NCBI RefSeq assembly: GCF_035084215.1
Contig: NC_090353.1
Coordinates: 18,166,001-18,230,000 of the forward strand
DNA: 64,000 nucleotides
Direction: 5' to 3'
DNA from: Heptranchias perlo
Taxonomy: Eukaryota
The position numbers and the translations under genes were made by a program. Below, piece after piece: positions 60,521-64,000 of the stretch; position 1 is the stretch's first letter; every line of letters begins with the position of its first letter. The notes beneath the pieces were generated by a model, which was given only the letters and a program-made list of their open reading frames with translations, did not search any database and had not been told where the DNA came from.

Positions 60521-60599
60521 CAGCACTGTAAGCCTGGGTAATTTCAACCCATTTGTAAACTTCCAAATAACAATTAAACACAATAACAATCTCACACAC

Positions 60600-61190
60600 A
60601 GGGATTCTCCCATCACTATTCCCATTCTTGCATCTCCTCACTCGTTATTCTCTGCCACTTTTCCACGAATATTCTCCGCCACTCTCCCTCACTGTTATTC
60701 TTAGAGTAACTTCAGTTATTTTCAATCTTATTCTCCCATTATCTCACTCTCCTTCACTGTTATTCTCTCACACTGTCACCCTTCTCCCACTGATACTCAT
60801 TCTCTCTATCCCTCAATCCTATTCTCTGCCCTCGCTATTATTTTCTCTCCCCTCAGTTGTTCTCATTCCCTCTATCGCTAACTGCAATTGAGTTTTCTCC
60901 TCACTTAGACCATTGCTCTCCTTATCATTCTCACGCTCAAACCCACTTAACTGTTATTTTCTCTTACACTCACCTCCTCATTGCTATTCTCCTTCACTTT
61001 CTTTCTCTCGTTCCCGTTATTTGCACAATCTCAATCTCACGTCATTGTGCTTCTCATCCTGTTATTCTCACTGTCTCTCTCCCTTCACTGATATTCTCTA
61101 ATTTTCCCCATTATTTTCTTGCTCTCCCTATTATTCTTGGTCTCACTCCTCCTCACCCACCTTTACAAATGCTATCACTATCATACAATT
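60600..61190. repeat. Degenerate CT-rich low-complexity repeat (ctgttattctc-like)
   Basis: Recurring ttattctc / ctcactg. Confidence 0.7.
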
Positions 61191-63671
61191 TAAGGGCTGA
61201 TTTCCCCCCCCACCTCTGCCTGGGTAAGGCAAAAATCTCCTCCATCTGACTTGCCCTGAACCTACCTATATTTCTGGATTCAAGTTGTTACCCAAAACCT
61301 GAACTTCCTCTTAGCAAGGCTTTGTACTTGGAAGCTAGAGAGAAAAGCCTGCAGCAACAGTACCACTAAAGGCTTTGGGACCTTCTGGCTGCTGTTCACA
61401 AACTCTGTCCGGCTGCCTTAATTGAAGGGAAAAAAAAATCTTACTTTTTGAATATGGTACCGTGTTAGCCTGTTTCTAATCCAATTAGTACCTCTCTATT
61501 GTCCAGTGACTCCCTCATGATTGTCAATGCTTCACAAATCTGCTCCCTTTAGTATGCTGAGATAAGTACCATCTATTCCTGGAGTCTTTTTAGTTTTTTT
61601 TCAGTCTGTCTAGGATTTATATCATTAATCATTCAGAATGTTTACCAACATGTACTTGTCCTGTTTTGAGTCTATTTGCATTTTTAGTTCTCAGCTCCTC
61701 TCTGACTAACCGCTCACTGTTGGACGTACTGAAGAACTTCTTACCGTTATGTTTCGCAACTGCAGCCAAGTTTATTTCTAAGATCTCTTTGCCTCTGACC
61801 AACCGTTTAACATTTTTCTAGATGTTGCAATATTGCTATGAAACGTCAGCGTAGATCATGTGCTCAAGTCCTGGAGTGGGGCTTGAACCCATAGCCTTCT
61901 GACTCATGAGGCAAAGAAAGTGAATAAGAAAACAGAGACCTTCAACTCTCTGAGATCAGACACCCAGCCTCAAGGAATGGATCATCGTACTGCCAGGCAT
62001 AGCAATACACTCATGTGGAAAGGTACAGATACCAGGTCAAAATCAAAACGTGGATCTTATAGATTCAATCAGGGCAGGAGACGATTCAAACAGTTCCTAT
62101 AACAATTGGAAAGGTGAGAAAAGAGCACGACCCAGCCAACAATCACAAAGGTCAGTAGAAATTGAGTTTAGTCAAACTCAGAGAAAGCCCAAGTCTTTCT
62201 TAGTCACTAACTATCTTTCAAAACCCGAGACGCTCTCATATTGGACCCCATACAAGCTGTTGGTATTCACAGGCATTGCAACCAGCTTTAAATCCAGTTT
62301 AACATCATTTCTGGTTGGTGTCAATTTCATTTTGAATTTATTGGAGATTTGTTGGCATTTGTTGTATTCCTGATATATTTGTGGGGGGACAAAGCACATG
62401 ATACTGCACAGGTCACATTGAATTAGTAAAGTTACGTTATGTGGGATTATACAAAGAGGATCATCACTTGAATGTATGTCACAGGATCTGGCACGTTACA
62501 CAAGTTTACTTAAAAACAAAATCCCAACCCCATACTGCAATACTTGTCAGCACAGCACAAAACCCCTTGTGTACCTAGAAGCACACCAACTGTAATATCC
62601 AGATAACATTTCATACAAACATTACACTTACTTGTTCTACATAGTGTGACTGTACTACAGACGCAATTAAGAACTGTTAAATGAATACAGTATTTGGCAA
62701 GTACAAAACAAAGTGTTCAGTTGCTCTTACATTATCAATAGTTGGAAATAGAAGCAGGAAAAGCAAAAAAGAGATATTCTGTATTTAAAAAATGTTAGCA
62801 TTTGACAAAAATGGTGCAGTGGTTATTTAATATACATATAATTATTTTTATAGTTACATACATATTATTCCTGCCTAAGGCCCTTGAAAGCAGACACTAA
62901 GCTAAATACCAAAGTGCATTATTTGCCAAGTGTATAAGAGAGTGATGTCCCTCATCGGTGCAGTTGACAAGCAGGAAGAACTTTGAGGGAGGGAGTGGAG
63001 TGATTTTGGCTCAAGAAAAATAGGCTCAAGAGAGCAGGAAATATTGCACAGAAAGATAATCTGGAAGTAAATTATAAACTGTAATATGATCAGGATAGAA
63101 TAGTGGATTCCTAGGAGTAAGTTTCAGGTTGGAATTAACTGAGGGTTCAGGCAGTTAAGTTTCCAGTCTTCTCATGTTTATCAACAGTGCAGGTTTCAGA
63201 TCAGCTCCAGCTGTGTGTTTGTAATAGTGGCAAAAGCCAGTGATTTCATGCTGCAGTGCTCTGAAGCCCATGTACAAGCTTCTGGTAATGTGTCATATCA
63301 TTACACCCACTAAGATGATATACATCACTGGCTGGTGGTGCTAGCTGTGTACCAGAGTTATATTGTAAGAGACATCATCCATTTTGTGTAAACTACTGGT
63401 CCTGCCTAATAGTCTATTGATATAATAGAGTGGGATTTTCTTTTATGTAGGCACACATGCTAATCCCACCCCCAGCATGATTGAAAGGTCCTGTGGTTAA
63501 AGGTAATATTCAAAACAAAAAATACAGTAGCTTATTAATGTAGTCATTTAATCTGCAAACATTCACACTTTAAAACCCAGACTCACACAATACATACCAT
63601 TCCCTTTTTACAAAATTATACAAACTGTACATACAAGTATATAGTGAGAATCTCTGAACACAGCTCTCCAT

Positions 63672-63726
63672 CTACGCAGCCACTTTGGTCTCTAATGAGG
63701 CTCGTCTCCATTTCACTCTAGAGTTC
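63672..63726 (-). CDS. Possible last coding exon of an unidentified gene entering from the right
   Basis: On the minus strand, a ctttattcttccAG acceptor is followed by (x)NSRVKWRRASLETKVAA*, then more than 1 kb of repeat-poor AT-rich 3'UTR-like sequence. The frame cannot be verified. Confidence 0.3.
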
Positions 63727-64000
63727 CTGGAAGAATAAAGAGTACTGAAACTCTCTCGGACATGCAAACAAGCAGAAGACATTATAACAATAATACAAGT
63801 CCAAGAAGCAGTGACTTTTGCTGTCCCCACCTTGGTGGTATTGCAGCATCATCACCACAACCAACTGGATTAATGAGTTTGGATAGTCAGATCATCTAAA
63901 ACTATTAGTGCAAGAATCAATGTTCTGCTCTCCCACTACTGCATCACGCTGCACGTGTTCAGTATCAAATGAATCTTATATCAGAGGGAGATAGCTATGA

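Noticed and set aside
61860-61915. tRNA-like B-box (ggttcaagcccc on the minus strand)
   Set aside because: It is a SINE head fragment; no cloverleaf could be formed.

Overview
Vertebrate genomic DNA, most likely from a shark or other cartilaginous fish, judging by the CR1/HER1-like LINEs, Deu-domain SINEs, Penelope-like elements and Harbinger derivatives. Three spliced protein-coding genes lie on the + strand, and all exons were reconstructed with GT-AG boundaries and matching phases. (1) A CC chemokine of the CCL25/CCL19/CCL21 group (6022-15594, about 123 aa) with an unusual basic C-terminal tail carrying two extra Cys. (2) pinhead (30043-48502, 7 exons, 320 aa, three cystine-knot-like modules). 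(3) admp (54665-60095, 5 exons, 381 aa, BMP/TGF-beta family). The pinhead-admp tandem is a known ancient cis-linked dorsoventral-patterning gene pair, here intact. A possible last exon and 3'UTR of a fourth gene enters from the right end on the - strand. The rest is decayed and often nested transposons, including a Penelope fragment with a minimal hammerhead-ribozyme motif and a Harbinger element with a verifiable TAG target-site duplication, plus several minisatellites. I found no evidence of a wholly new biological system. The best leads are the six-cysteine chemokine, the intact pinhead-admp locus and a stop-free in-frame admp intron. Most long ORFs in the track are repeat artefacts.
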